From contig MTSL01000191.1 of the NCBI GenBank assembly GCA_002794465.1, positions 26,029 through 45,115 of the forward strand: a stretch of DNA of 19,087 nt, in the 5' to 3' direction. Of this stretch, positions 18,401 through 19,087 are shown one piece after another. A model generated the notes under the pieces. The model searched no databases, was not told where the DNA came from, and saw nothing but the letters and a program-made list of their open reading frames with translations. Source of the DNA: Paramicrosporidium saccamoebae KSL3. Lineage: Eukaryota; Fungi; Cryptomycota. The translations under genes and the position numbers were made by a program. How positions within the stretch are numbered: position 1 is the stretch's first letter; each line of letters opens with the position of its first letter.

Positions 18401-19046
18401 CCAAATTTGTGGCCATTCTCTCTTGACCTATCAATACCTTTTCAGAGCCATTAATGATAAAGTATCCTCCTTGATCATAGGGACATTCATTCAGCTCAAT
18501 CAAATCCTTATCTCCAAGATTATTCAAAAGACAAAACTTGCTTCGAAGCATGATGGGCACACGGCCAATAAAGACTTTGGATAGTTCCTCCGTCTCAATT
18601 TCCGTCTCCTCATCTCCATCCACCTCTACCGTTCGCTTTCTCATATCAATATATAAGGGGGCCGAATACGTCAAGTCACGAAGCCGCGCCTCATTGGGAA
18701 ACATGGGCTGCGTACTTCCATCCGACTCGGTCATGGTCGGTTTGCTCAGGTACACCTGTCCAAACTCGATTTCAAACCGCTTGGGGAACTCGGAATCCAC
18801 TCCAGCAACACTACTAGTTGTCTCCAGAACGAGCCTAGAATTCTCGTCTACGATTTCTTGCATAGTGTTCTCGATAAACTCGTTGAACGAGTCTAGCTGC
18901 TGGCGGACCAGACCTTTTTCTTCAAAAAATGAAGATATGACTGTCCAACAGTCTTCTTGCGTGATGGTCTCCTCCTCTTGTTGGTCTAGTTAATGAATAA
19001 GGTTCATGAAAAAGAGATGAATACAGTTAGAGGACTTGTCGATCAT
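15489..19046 (-). CDS. RPB2: RNA polymerase II second-largest subunit; 2 exons, about 1172 aa
   Basis: Main exon 18985-15489 ([30 protein letters not shown]..., [62 protein letters not shown]). A short first exon 19046-19025 (MIDKSSN) joins in frame through the 39-nt intron 19024-18986. The exact 5' end is less certain because a CAG precedes the ATG by 4 nt and a further exon could lie outside the window. Confidence 0.97.
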
Positions 19047-19087
19047 GACCCTGGTTAATGAGCAGCTTAGTGTTATGTGTAATGTGT

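Noticed and set aside
15489-18985. Intein in RPB2 (known in some chytrids and other fungi)
   Set aside because: Length is normal and the conserved motifs are uninterrupted.
201-18993. Numerous 60-200 aa ORFs antisense or out of frame to the called genes (e.g. 7454-8053, 13823-14308, 14333-14833, 17127-17693, 18538-18993)
   Set aside because: They are shadows of real coding sequence with no recognisable motifs, and many begin at non-ATG codons.

Overview
Eukaryotic, fungal-like, very gene-dense genomic DNA. It holds 11 housekeeping protein genes and one tRNA: DRAP1/NC2-alpha, PEX13, POL5/MYBBP1A, RSL1D1, a MoaE/MOCS2B-like protein, ATP11, GIR2/RWDD1, a kynurenine aminotransferase, tRNA-Gln(CTG), RRP12, MARCH5, a probable mL59/MRPL25 and RPB2. 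Seven genes needed manual splicing and are fragmented in the ORF track; RPB2 also has one short 5' intron. The 15 introns I reconstructed are 29-40 nt, and all end in TAG. Most intergenic gaps are 22-130 bp. Compaction together with retained mitochondrial and peroxisomal genes suggests an early-diverging fungus or Rozellomycota-like organism (inference only). No mobile element, CRISPR array or clearly new multi-gene system is supported. The best leads are: a 10-bp element (TACCCCGGTC) shared just upstream of all three ribosome-biogenesis genes; the TAG-only mini-intron signature; a degenerate MoaE whose C-terminus overlaps a 20-bp tandem repeat; a hidden three-exon mL59-like gene; and a 51-bp tandem repeat upstream of it.
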